Assembly (NCBI GenBank): GCA_951406725.2
Contig: OX597820.1
Span: 93,682,001-93,746,000, forward strand
Length of the DNA stretch: 64,000 bases
DNA from: Octopus vulgaris
Taxonomy: Eukaryota
Direction of reading: 5' to 3'
In this document: positions 13,694-26,113 of the stretch, piece after piece
How the letters are laid out: each line of letters opens with the position of its first letter
How positions within the stretch are numbered: position 1 is the first letter of the stretch
Position numbers and translations under genes: made by a program
Notes under the pieces: generated by a model
Database searches by the model: none
What the model was told of the DNA's origin: nothing
Seen by the model: only the letters and a program-made list of their open reading frames with translations

Positions 13694-13805
13694 CATACAT
13701 ACATACATACATACATACATACATACATACATACATACATACATACATACATACATACATACATACATACATACATACATACATTACATTACATTACATT
13801 ACATT
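13694..13805. repeat. (CATA)n microsatellite followed by (CATTA)n
   Basis: Direct inspection of the sequence. Confidence 0.95.
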
Positions 13806-14476
13806 TCTCGTTCCTTCTCTCTAATTTGTCCTCTTGATCCACACTCAAGCCATCTGGCCGTACTTCCTTCGTTCAAGTGTTACTATCTCCCCCCACTCTC
13901 TTACCCTCTATCCATTCCAGACCCTCACCCCCGCTTCTTTCTGCTTATTTTCCTCTCTTTATCTGTTTTATACATATTGGGAGTATGTATGTACGCAGGA
14001 ATGGATGTGCTTGTGCAGAGAACGTACCTCTAGATGTACGGATGCAGGTATGAATTGGTGTACTTATGTGTGTGTGTGCGTGTGTGTGTGTAGATACTTA
14101 TGTTTCTATTTATGTATTGGCATAAAAATGTTTGTATGCGTGTATGTACGTGTATATGTGCTTTCGTATATTTACTTAATCTTATAAAAACAAATGTTAC
14201 TCTAAATCCAGCCTCTGCTTATCAACTAAATTCAAACTACGTCCGTAATCACTAAACAGCTCTATTTCCAACATTTCCTCAGTGGTTCAGAAAATATCGG
14301 GAGACCTATGCTTCTCTGAAAAGGTCTGAGTTACACCAAAATATGTCTTGAGTTGTCTCCCATACCCACCAAAAGCTATGGGAAATAACTCATTAATTTA
14401 TATAGTTTTATTTTCCCCCCCTAACTGTATAACGATTCCTAGATAGGTTTTGAATAATCTCACCCATTGTCTCATC

Positions 14477-15011
14477 GGTGCTTCTTCAGTGTGCGGTCTA
14501 CTACAGTATCTGTAGTCTACACTGTGAAATGACCTGATATGGATTAGGGTTTAGGGTTAAGGTTAGGTTAGGGTTTAGGGTTAAGTTTGAAGATAGGGTA
14601 GGGTTTAGGATGATTGGGGTTAGAGTTAGGGTTATAGCATATAGCATTTAGAGTTTAAGATTAGGTTTAGGGTTTAGGTTCAGATTTAGGGTTTACAGTT
14701 AAGGTTAGACTGCACGCTAATGTGTAAATGAGCAGATAAACCGCATGCAAAAGTGGAACCTATTTCTTTACTACCCACAAGGGGCTAAACACAGAGGGGA
14801 CAAACAAGGACAGACATAGGTATTAAGTCGATTACATCGACCCCAGTGCGTAACTGGTACTTAATTTATCGACCCCGAAAGGATGAAAGGCAAAGTCGAC
14901 CTCGGCGTAATTTGAACTCACAACGTAACGCAGACGAAATACCGCCAAGCATTTCGCCCGGCGTGCTAACGTTTCTGCCAGCTCGCCGCCTTCGCATGCA
15001 AAAGTGGAACC
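14477..15011. mobile_element. Merlin-like MITE with degenerate (TTAGGG)n interior, interrupted by a SINE
   Basis: Perfect 8-bp TSD gtctcatc (14469-14476 and 15012-15019); GG...CC ends with 16/24 inverted identity; telomere-like repeats at 14544-14710. Confidence 0.65.
14761..14992 (-). mobile_element. SINE family A, full length, young
   Basis: TSD cgcatgcaaaagtggaacc (14742-14760 / 14993-15011; the last cc overlaps the SINE end); high identity to the 15447 copy. Confidence 0.95.
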
Positions 15012-15369
15012 GTCTCATCAACCACTCTAGCAAGCTGCATATACTCCCTGCCCATAAAACACCTGACACATGGTCTTCTTAACACCACCGTCACTTTATT
15101 TAACTTTGTAGACCCTGCACTTAGCACTTCGCTCGATTCGTACATCCTAAGAGTACAATTATCTGGAAACCCCGAAAAGTTTTAACTGCGAAGATTGACC
15201 AGTCTGGAGAGTAGGAAAAGGACAACCACAGACTCTGAGTACTGGCACTTCTTTTCCTCCAACTACCGTTATTTATATATTTATGTATTTATATTCCTGA
15301 ATATGACCTTAAGTTACATCTAGTAGTGAGAGTTCCATGGTTTTGAAGAGAATGTAACCACCTCTTATC

Positions 15370-15855
15370 CACTATTGGTCCCAGGTCTACTCTGACCCGG
15401 AGTAATAGCACCTGTCAAGTGCCACTATTGCGATGGATTAAATACCTATTTCTTTACTACCCACAAGGGGCTAAACACAGAGGCGACGAACAAGGACAGA
15501 CAAACGGATTAAGTCGATTATATCGACCCCAGTGCGTAACTGGTACTTAATTTATCGACCCCGAAAGGATGAAAGGCAAAGTCGACCTCGGCGGAATTTG
15601 AACTCAGAACGTAACGGCAGACGAAATACCGCTCAGCATTTCGCCCGGCGTGCTAACGATTCTGCCAGCTCGCCGCCCTAGATGGGTTAAATACCATGCA
15701 TGTAACCACTCGATCCAAAGTATGTTGAAATCATGAGATACAGCATGGTGGATGTGAACTGTTTCGGTAGATGAACTTATTAAGTCAATGGTGAATATTA
15801 CAAGACGCTGTGCGGATGTAAAGACAACAAACTATCAACAGCCAGGATCAACCAC
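15370..15855. repeat. Unclassified interspersed repeat (second copy at 45950-46185), split by a SINE
   Basis: cccaggtcta..ctga...gttgaaatcatg.gataca.cat.gtggatgtgaac...gatgaacttatt.agtcaatggt...aggatcaacca is shared by both loci. Confidence 0.75.
15447..15680 (-). mobile_element. SINE family A, full length, young
   Basis: TSD gatggattaaatacc (15432-15446) / gatgggttaaatacc (15681-15695). Confidence 0.95.
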
Positions 15856-15862
15856 AGCAGTT

Positions 15863-15993
15863 AGCGTGGAGGCGCAATGGCCTAGTGGTTAGGGCAGCAG
15901 ACTCGTGGTCGTAAGAACGCAGTTTCGATTCCCAGACCGGGCATTGTGACTATTTATTGAGCATAAATACCTAAGCTCCACGAAGGCCAGGCA
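15863..15993 (+). mobile_element. SINE family B 5' part (tRNA-Arg-like head)
   Basis: gcgtggaggcgcaatggcctagtggtt (A box)...actcgtggtcg...gtttcgattcc (B box); matches the 35775 copy. Confidence 0.85.
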
Positions 15994-16309
15994 ATAATGT
16001 TTCGTCAATTGAGTAGGAGGACATCATGTGCGGAAAGTTGCACTGGTCTGGGTAAGTCGTCCTTCAAGATTGTTTCATTTATATTGCTATTTGTGAATAG
16101 TGGTGTCCTTGGTTGCAGATTTACAACGGAAGCATACATTGTTGGGTAAATCTGTATTGAATGACGTTATCGTTCAATGCATTTCAAAGGAGCAGGGATG
16201 ACTTGGTGCAGAACAAATATATCTTGAGACCGTGTTCGAAAAGCAGCAGTTTATATTTCGGTTTTCTTTAAATGCGTCTTCAATATATATATCGACAAAA
16301 GATGTGCAT

Positions 16310-16373
<64 letters not shown>

Positions 16374-16556
16374 GCACGCACGCACGCACGCACACACGCA
16401 CGACTGGCTTTCACAAAGTTTTCCGTCTACCAAATTCCACTCATAAGATATTTGTTAATCCGTATCTCAGATATAAAAGGAGACTCTTGCTTAAGCTACC
16501 GTTCGGCGAGGTCGAGTCACACAATTCGACACTGCCTGCCTGCCCCCCCACCCACT

Positions 16557-16615
<59 letters not shown>

Positions 16616-17244
16616 TCTCTTTCTCTGTCTTCCTTGGCTTCTTAACTCTCACTCACGCTCATTCTAAACTACTTTCTCATCTTCTACAGTTCTCTGCCTG
16701 CCTGTCTCTAGATGCTGCAATCACCCTATTTCCTCGTCTGTCTGAACGAAACCAAACCAAATTTGATACTTGAAACTAATCTCACCCTGTTTCGTGAAAA
16801 TACTGTGGGACACTGATGGAAGAAAATTGGTGATGGTGATGGTGATGGCGGTGGTTGCAATGCCACTGATGTTGCTTAACACCTGATTACGCAAACTTGA
16901 CATTCCAGTCGTGACGATCACGTATCATTTTCAAATGTATAGGGAACCCAGGACCGTATTTTCTGACATGTTGATGTCTTAAGAGAATTGGTTTGCATGT
17001 ATGGGAATTTGGTTGCTATTTCTAGCATGCTAAGTGACAACGTAAAGACCCTCTCGTTGGTTTGATGGTGGTGGTGGTGGTGGTGGTGGTGGAGGTAGTG
17101 GTGGCGGTGACGGAAAGTAATGCTTTTAATGATGATGGTGACGGTGGTGTTAATAACTAAACTACACGGCTACGATTAGACAGTGTAGAGAGCGTGGGAG
17201 ATTTATCTAACAGGTCATTATATGATCTTTCAAACACCAGCCGT

Positions 17245-17373
17245 CCTCACCACCACCACCACCACTACCACCACCATTATTACCATCAGCAGCAGCAGAA
17301 GCAACAGCAGCAACCTCCACCACCACCACCACCACCACCACCACTGTCATTACAACTGTTACCACCATCGCTG

Positions 17374-17406
<33 letters not shown>

Positions 17407-17514
17407 CTACAGCCACCTCCCATCTTCTTCACTGCTCTCACCTACTCACCCAAATTTCCTTCCTTACAGACATACTACCAACATCACCAGCACCAGCACC
17501 ACCAGTACCACCAG

Positions 17515-17559
<45 letters not shown>

Positions 17560-18300
17560 TAACTACAACAACATGCCATCTCTGTAATTACAGCATCATC
17601 GCTGTCGACATCGACATCATCATCATCATCATCATCAACAACAACAACAACAACAACATGCCATTTCTGCAACTACATCATCATCATCATCATCATCATC
17701 AATAGCAACAGCAACAGTTGCAAGAACACAGTTGTCATCTCTGTGGCGTGTCGAGGCATCGAAACCGTTTGCTAACTCCGCTACTTAACCACTTACTTTG
17801 CACTTCAACCGCGATTAGCATCACGAGGCGTGATGCTAATCATCCCAGCCACCACATACACCACCACCACCACCACCACCACCATTATCACTACTACCAT
17901 TACCACCAATGCCAGTACCATTTCTATCACCACCGTCGACATCATTACCACTACCACCACCACCACAACCAACATCATCATCATAACAGCAACAATCATG
18001 ATCACTACCACTGTCACTTTTAACATAAACCGATTATTGCAACCACCACCACACCACCACCACCGCCACCACCATCACAGCAACCTTAAATACCACTACC
18101 ACCGCAACAATAATCACCACTACTGCTATCTCAACCATAACCATAACCACCACCGCCGCTGCAACCTTAACTACCACTGCCACCGCAACAATAATCATCA
18201 CCACTGCTATCACAACCATAACCACCACCACCACCACTACCACCACCACCACCACCACCACCACCACACTCACCCCCCCCCCCCAGCACAAGTACCATCA
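17245..18300. repeat. ~1-kb compound CAC/CAT/CAA/CAG trinucleotide region with an 81-bp internal duplication
   Basis: The unit gcaaccttaa.taccact.ccaccgcaacaataatca.cac.actgctatc.caaccataacc occurs at 18080 and 18161. Confidence 0.9.
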
Positions 18301-18704
18301 CCAACATCACCATCGTTGGTAGCACCAACCAATAAGTCACTTGTCGCTCGCAGGACGTTCGCTAAAACACATTAGGAGTGGAAATAGCGTTGGATGCGCT
18401 ACTTTTTGTGTTATGAAGCAGGGTGGGAGGAGGGCAGAGAGCTGAGATTTATAATGAAGGGAGAGGTTACGCGGCGAGACACACAATTACAAAGGTTAAA
18501 AAACAAAACAGTGCACTGGGTCGGAGGGGATAGGGTGTTTGGGGTATGTGTAAATGTGTGACTGACGGGTCGGGTGGTTGGATGCTTTCAAGGGAGGAAA
18601 CTATTAATAGAAGGTCCTGTTCGAGTGTAATGATGCTTATTGTGAGTGTTGCGTGTGTGTTTGTAGGTGTGGGTATTTGTGTAAGTCAGTCTCTGTCTGT
18701 CTTT

Positions 18705-18705
<1 letters not shown>

Positions 18706-18794
<89 letters not shown>

Positions 18795-18808
18795 CTCTAT
18801 CTATTATC

Positions 18809-18867
<59 letters not shown>

Positions 18868-18870
18868 CCT

Positions 18871-18926
<56 letters not shown>
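18706..18926. repeat. (TATC)n and (CT)n microsatellites
   Basis: Direct inspection of the sequence. Confidence 0.95.
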
Positions 18927-18927
<1 letters not shown>

Positions 18928-19020
18928 ATGATCACGGTGGCTAGACGCAATTTAAAACCGAAAAGGAAAAATTCAACCGTTACTAAAACTAAGGGTGTAG
19001 GGTAGCACCAACATTGCTAG

Positions 19021-19095
<75 letters not shown>

Positions 19096-19461
19096 AATAT
19101 ACATATACATGTGTGTACTGATACCCGTATACAATGTTCAGTGGGTGTGTGTGGATATTCATATACAAACGTTCTTACCTCCAGCCCGGCACACAACCAG
19201 TACTTGCTTAAAATATAAACATTACATTAACCCATTCAAAATATCCATTCCTTTATCGCCTTTATTTATATTGTTTCTCTCTCACAAACACACACACAAA
19301 CACAGACGCGCGTGCGCGTGTTGCGTGAATGTGTACGCATAGATGGACACGCATATGTATATATGTGTGTGTGTATGTGTGTGTATATATATATATATAT
19401 GTATGGATAGATAGATATACATATATATGTATACCCATACACACATATCTCTCTCTCTCTC

Positions 19462-19512
<51 letters not shown>

Positions 19513-20289
19513 ACACATACATATATGTCTGTATCTATGAATGTGTGTATATGTGTGTGAGAAGAGAGAGAGAGAGAGAGAGATGGAAGGAGAAGGTGTG
19601 TGTGTGTGTGTGTAGGGGTGTATTTGTGTACGTAAACGTCATGGTTATAAAATCGGGGAAAAGACAGAGTATGATGTGGGGGCGGAGAGATGTTGGGAGG
19701 AAACACACAAGGGTTTCACTGTCTGTGTCAGTTGATGTAGAGATCCTGTAGTTGGTGGGTTAATACGTGGCTCACAAAAGAGGGCAGCACAGCTGTAGCA
19801 ATACAAACAGGGACAAGAACAAGATATAGCACAGAACAAAATTCCCTTTATACACAAACATACAAATATATATATACACATCAATGACATGCCCAGCGAT
19901 GACAACCCAGTTTTTTCTTTCTTTCCTTATTTTCAGACAGAACGGCGTGATTTTGAGGAAGATTTAGCTGTTATTTCTAGCACGTACAACAGCATGGGCA
20001 ACCTCGTAGAAGCGCTCGCGTCGACTCTTCGCCGTTCGTATCTCATATAACTCGTGTGGAATGCAACTTCGCAGCAAAATTTATGGCAAAGTTCTTTCTC
20101 CATATGCACCGAAAATTATTTTTATTATCTTTTATCTTTCAGTTGTTCCAGTCATTGACCTGCGGCCATGCTACAGCACCACATTGAAGGGTTTAGTCGA
20201 ATAAATCTATTTCCCAGCACTTAATTTAAAAAAAAAGAAGCCTGGTGCTTATTCTATGGGTCTCTTTTTGCCCTCTTGTTATATATATT

Positions 20290-20488
20290 GGTCTCAAATT
20301 TTGGCACAAAACTAGGAATTTCAGGGGATGGGGGTGGAGGTAAGGCGATTACATCGAACCCAGTGCTCAACTGATATTTAATTTATCCATCTCGAAAGGA
20401 TGAAAGGTAAAGTCGACCTCGGCGAAATTTGAACTCACAACGTAAAGACGGACGAAATGCCGCTAAGAATTTTGCCATTCACCGCCTT
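20290..20488 (-). mobile_element. SINE family A
   Basis: Core aaaggatgaaaggtaaagtcgacctcggcgaaatttgaactcac. Confidence 0.85.
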
Positions 20489-20869
20489 TCTCGTTGCATA
20501 TATTACATTCAGACACCATTGAGCTGTACGTCGTGTACTTCCTTCTCCTGAACGTTGGTTTTTTGCACTGCCCCCGTCTTTTATGCAACCGTCGATTTGC
20601 ACCAGCTGAGGAAGGCATCAACCGTGACCACCCACTTAGTTTCTATATCTAACACTACACTGGCCAGTGTGTTTATCATATTTTTAAGACGATAGGGTCC
20701 ATGCCATCTTTGGTGTGTTGTCTGTCGTATACATCTTATAGTATAATGTATTTTAGATTATTACTGCAGTGGGTTTTTCTCAGGGCTGGTTTTCAGCCAA
20801 TTAAACAGATTTGTTCATATTGAACCCTGCGCCTCTCAAGAGAGGGTTCTGTGCACACGCTGGAGCAGA

Positions 20870-21280
20870 GGACGCTATGATGGATTTTTAGTATATCACT
20901 GTGGCCAATGGTGGAGCCGTCAGCGCTTATTGTCCGGGACCGGTGCACTACAAGAAGCATAAACCATCAACCTTCAGTGTTTGTAGAGTAGAGGGTCTTA
21001 CCTACAATTCTCCGAGTCCCGCACTTCCTAGCGCTGGCCCTGCTTCTTCTGATCCTCGGAGTCTCCTGTCACTTCCATGTAAGAATACCCGTTTCATTCG
21101 TCTTTCTTATTCTTGCTCTACAGCCCTCGCTCACAGCACTAACCATCATACCTAGTGCTTCCAGCCGAAAATGTCAATCGTCTGGAACAGCGTCCTCACC
21201 TCGTCGTCACCTTATGTCTTACCTGTTTCCGTCAAGCTGAAGTTATTTATTCAAGAACATTAATTAACAGTATCGATAAT
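20870..21280 (+). mobile_element. CR1/Jockey-group LINE 3' end fragment
   Basis: HSTNHHT*CFQPKMSIVWNSV...PVSVKLKLF resembles the RTxHYxxSFxPRTxxLWNSLP...FK terminus of CR1-group ORF2. Confidence 0.55.
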
Positions 21281-21619
21281 CAATGACCTCGGAGATTCTG
21301 CGAATTCTGTGGAACCGTCTGTAGAATGATGGTGATAATGATGATGGTGGCGTGGTAATGGTGATGAGAATGGTGATGATAATAGTTGTGATGACTAATA
21401 ATAATGGTAATCAAGATGGTGGTGGTGATGATGGTAGTGATGGTGATGGTGATGATGATGATGATGATGATGGTACAGTGATTGGCGTTCAACCCTAGGA
21501 GGGCTCTGACTGAGCAAAAGTATCATCAATGCCACATCAACCGTGACCACCCACTTAGTTTCCATATCTAACACTACACTGGCCAGTGTGTTTATCATAT
21601 TTTTTAAGACGATAGAGTC

Positions 21620-21790
21620 CATGCCATCTTCAGACATAGGTACACTGGACAGTTGCCCGCGGGCCTCATGGGTCTAAGTGGATCACTTACAATCTTTGTA
21701 TGTTGTGGCTTGCTGTCAATAAATAAACAGTATACGTCTCAATGCATGGATTTTTCCGGGGGCTCTATAATACTGCTTAGACAGCGCTGG
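21620..21790. mobile_element. hAT-like MITE (cagggccgtctt-type), related to 34634-34804
   Basis: Ends catgccatctt / agacagcgctg; approximate TSD gatagagt / ggtagagt; internal tgggtcta...tcaataaat shared with the 34634 copy. Confidence 0.6.
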
Positions 21791-21852
21791 GGTAGAGTAT
21801 AATTCAAGAAGGTTTGGCTGTTATTTCTAGTAGACCTAGCGACCACGTAGAG

Positions 21853-22181
21853 CAGGCCTGGCCAACTCGAAATACATTGCGGGTCACTTTAATCACAGAA
21901 AGTTTTTTGAGGGCCGCTTGTATACTTTATGTACTAATAGTCAAATAATCAAATCACATAATCAAGAATTTTTCATACTTTTCGTTTGTTTAAAATGATA
22001 AAATTGTAGGTTATTGCTTTATTGCCTCTTATAAAATTTTAATTCATTTTGAAACAAATGTTTTACACAAACAATTTTATTTTGAGATGAAACACAATAC
22101 TTCAATAAAGTATCAAGCGGGCCACATGATAAAAGTCTGCGGGCTGTGTGCGGGCCGCGGGCCTTAGGTTGGCCAGCCCTG
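21853..22181. mobile_element. hAT (Charlie-like) MITE
   Basis: TIRs caggcctggccaac / gttggccagccctg; 8-bp TSD acgtagag / acgtaaag; subterminal gcgggcc repeats. Confidence 0.9.
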
Positions 22182-22227
22182 ACGTAAAGGCTTATTTGCG
22201 TTATTGTTATTGTTTAGCCCGGTCATT

Positions 22228-22522
22228 GTTTTTTGTTTGTTTCTTCTCGAGCCATGCCTGGCTCATAAGGGCCGGTTTCCCGGTTTCCTTGGCGTATAGG
22301 TTCCCCACCTGGACGGGACGCCGGTCCGTCGCAGGTGAGCTGACAGATGCGGGAGGAAAGAGTGAGAGAAAGTTGTGGCGAAAGAGTCAGCAGAAGTTCT
22401 GCCGGAGCCGCGTGGAACTAAGGTGTTTCGCACACAAACACACACATCGCCCGGTCTGAGATTCGAACCCGCGATTCCTCGACTGTGAGTCCGCTGCTCT
22501 AACCACTAGGCCATGTGCCTCC
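22228..22522 (-). mobile_element. SINE family B variant, full length
   Basis: A box tggcctagtggtt and B box gggttcgaatc; a ctgcgacggaccggcgtcccgtccagg segment resembling the V-SINE domain; TSD (cc)ggtcatt. Confidence 0.9.
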
Positions 22523-23168
22523 GGTCATTCCTTCGAGAGCAGAAAAATCAACAAAGGCCATGCCAACCATAACCAGCTCACCTTTTCTTCTAACGGACCT
22601 TTTTATAAGACCGTAAGACATGATTTGAGGAATATCAAAGCATCTTATAAGACTTTAAGATGTTATTTAAAGGAAGTCATGTAGTTATTATGGCGGCGGC
22701 GGTGTCAGTGGTGGTGGTGGTGGTGATGGTGGAAATGTTGCTACCATAAGGAAATTGATAGTCACGAAGGTGGATACTTAGTAACTTAAAATCCCTAGCA
22801 ACCAGACTGGAAGTAGGTGGAATGGTGTGGATTCTAGTGAACTTGGCTACAGACTTCATCTTGGCACCAGAAACAACATTTTTGGCAATTTTCAGAAACG
22901 CAAGACTTCACACACATGCATATTTTACATATAAGAGTTTATATGTGTATTTGAAATCGTGTGTGTGTATAAACGTCCGTAGAACACACACAATACGCCA
23001 CAGAAACACATTCACCCACACACACACACACGTACATACGCATAGTAGGAAAAACACCCCCATCGCACTAGGCGGTTGCCCGTAGTGGGATGTTTACCTT
23101 GTGTGTGTATATATATATATATATATTATATATACGAAAGAGTGGACAAACGAAAGAAGGGCACTTAA

Positions 23169-23218
<50 letters not shown>

Positions 23219-23334
23219 TTATTTATTTATTATAAACATCTGTACGAAAATATGTATGCATATAAGCATATATGCACACACGGTGGGGGTCTTTGTGAGA
23301 TAGTCATTCAAATGTAGACCTATCTTTCACTCTC

Positions 23335-23375
<41 letters not shown>

Positions 23376-23875
23376 CATCACAGTTTCCCTCTATCTCGGT
23401 ATCTCGCTTCCACTTTATCTCATACACATCCTTACAAAATACTTCTCACTCCTGTCTAACCGTATCACTTCTATCACACATAATCACCCCCCTCTCTTCA
23501 TATCTTTCATTCCATTGCCCCCTCCGCTACTTCTATGGTGTTTGTAATAGAGAGCGCGTTAAAAGTTATTTGTATACATCTGCATGTATCTCTCCTTTTG
23601 TCTGTGTGTCTTTCTTTCACTCTCTCTTTCTCTTCCTGTACCTATCTATATATATATAGTTTCGTAGCAGATGTCAGTTCATAGCAGACGACGAGGTGCT
23701 TGCGTATGTGTTTACATATAAATGAGTGTGTGTGTGTGTGTGTGTACATACTTTCTGTATATTTATTTGTTTGTAGATTAACAAAGATACCAATGGTTTC
23801 ATGCGGTTAAAAATTCACAGTTTTTCAAGTGCTCCACTTTAAAACGTTTGTAGTCACGTCCATTTTGGATGCGAC

Positions 23876-23909
<34 letters not shown>

Positions 23910-23982
23910 GTATGTATGTGTGTGTATGTGCGTGCGTGAGATGTGACAGATGAAGAGATATTGACACTAAAACAGAGATATT

Positions 23983-24125
23983 CTTTTCTACTCTAAGCAC
24001 AAGGCCCGGAATTTTTGGGGAGGGGGGGCAGTCGATTAGATCTACCCCAGTACGCAACTGGTACTTAATTTATCGAACCCGAAAGGATGAAAGGCAAAGT
24101 CGACCTCAGCGGAATTCGAACACAG
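23983..24125 (-). mobile_element. SINE family A, 5'-truncated
   Basis: TSD cactaaaacagagatatt (23965-23982) / cactaaaagtgagatatt (24126-24143). Confidence 0.9.
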
Positions 24126-24307
24126 CACTAAAAGTGAGATATTGAGAGTGAAACGGGAGAAAGTTGCTCATATGAATGTCGGTAGGAAGAAAGACTGATT
24201 ATGAAACGTGAGTTGTCCAAACGTTTCCGAATTTGGAATTTTGGTTACACACATACATACATACATACATACATACATACATACATACATACATACATAC
24301 ATACATA

Positions 24308-24560
24308 ATCTAATGCGCCCTTTTAAAGCCTAGCCAGGCTCATGGGCCCCGTTTCCCGGTTTCAATGGCGTATGTGTTCCCCAGCTGGACGGGACGCCAG
24401 TCCATCGCAGCGTTACTCATTTTTGCCAGCTGAGTGGACTGGAGCAACGTGAAATGAAGTGTTTTGCTCAAGAACACAACGCGTCGCCCGGTCGAGGAAT
24501 CGAAACCACAATCTTACGATCATGATGCTGACACCTTAACCACTAAGCTACGCGCCTCCA
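24308..24560 (-). mobile_element. SINE family C, full length, inserted in (ACAT)n
   Basis: Near-identical to the 32773 and 47113 copies; A/B boxes and a V-domain-like ctgcgatggactggcgtcccgtccag segment. Confidence 0.95.
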
Positions 24561-24766
24561 ACATACATACATACATACATGCACATATATCTGAATTCAA
24601 TTCAGTTACACACACACACACACAGCACGCATATACGTCCATGTGTTTGCGTGCGCTATTGTTATTTGGCCTCAGCTGAGTTCAAATCGATCTGATTTAT
24701 AACCGGAAATCTTGATCACGCCATCTTTTAATCAGACATAATGTGTATCTTGTGTGTGAGAGTGCT

Positions 24767-24803
<37 letters not shown>

Positions 24804-25017
24804 CGCAAACACACACATACACGCATACACAAATATACAGACTGAAACTGAGAGTTCGTCTCGCGACACCTGTCTTACGCCGAAGATCGCAGGTGAGTGA
24901 AACCTGCGCCACGAGACGAAACTGTCAGTTCCAATTTCAATTTCAATAAAAATAAACAATGTCCTATTCAAAGTTTAATGAACACTCCACTCTCATCCAT
25001 TCAACATAAATCAGTGC

Positions 25018-25085
<68 letters not shown>

Positions 25086-25244
25086 ATGGATCTCTGTCAG
25101 TTTCAACGATGACTATTCAGTTGTTCGATCAAATGAATTTCTTGCAATTCGAATTAGCGCGTAAGTGGTCGAACGTTCTATAGACAGGTGTACCCTTTCG
25201 TATTTCTCCGACACAATCAGCGTGATGCAGTGTGTGCATATATA

Positions 25245-25533
25245 GTGAAGGCTCGTGACCTAGGCTGCCGCATTTGTGATCGCAAGATCAAGATTTTAAT
25301 TCCCGGACCAGGAGGTGTGTTGTGCTCTTGAGTAAACATTTCAGGTTCTTCTGCGATCAGTTCAACATCTGACGTGTTGTACGCCATGCACCTGAATATG
25401 TAATGTCGATTTGATAGAGAGAATAAGCTTATTGTACAGCACAAACATTTGGTCACTATAAACAAATCTTCTGTAGAGGTTCTTCATCAAGAAATTGCAG
25501 AACTCCTCATCTGTCAATTTTGACGGGGGAGAT
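25245..25533 (+). mobile_element. Old tRNA-derived SINE
   Basis: gtgaaggctcgtgacctagg...attcccggacc...gttgtgctcttgagtaaaca resembles the family C head; the 3' part differs. Confidence 0.55.
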
Positions 25534-26065
25534 CATCATCAACTACGCACACACACATACTAAATAGTAGATTCTTACGACCATAGGGTTTGTGTGGGTA
25601 AGATAAAAATGTTGTGTGTTTTTACGAAAACCATATTCACCTTTGCGGTGAAAAAGTATGTACTGGTGTTAAATCACAGATTTTTTTCTCAATCTCTGTG
25701 GCCAGGAAACGAGACCCATCTTACTAGCTTTTGTTAAAGCTTCGTTGGAAATCAATCACTCAGCCCTGGTAATCCAGAAACTAGTAGTTTATAGCTGTTT
25801 ATAGTACATTCTTTCTATGTGAATGAACTGGCGTTCCTTAACGGACCCATAAAAACTTGTGCTATTCCATACATCTACGACATTATGGGTATTTATTATG
25901 TAATGTATTATGTAATGAACGTGGTTACAACATAAGCCATTGTTCACCCGAAACAGCAGTCAAGAAAAGACTATTACATAAGTCCTTTCATTTTTGTATT
26001 CTAATTCCGTACTCTGTAATTTGTATTCATTGTGAATATACTTAAGCTTATTTGTGTTTATTTGC

Positions 26066-26113
<48 letters not shown>

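Noticed and set aside
14544-14710. Possible telomere or chromosome-fusion relic
   Set aside because: Short, degenerate and enclosed in a TSD-flanked inverted-repeat element.
17194-18375. Poly-His/Gln/Pro/Thr ORFs resembling transcription-factor or mucin low-complexity regions
   Set aside because: Trinucleotide tracts open in several frames, interrupted by stops, with no adjoining conserved domain or convincing splice sites.
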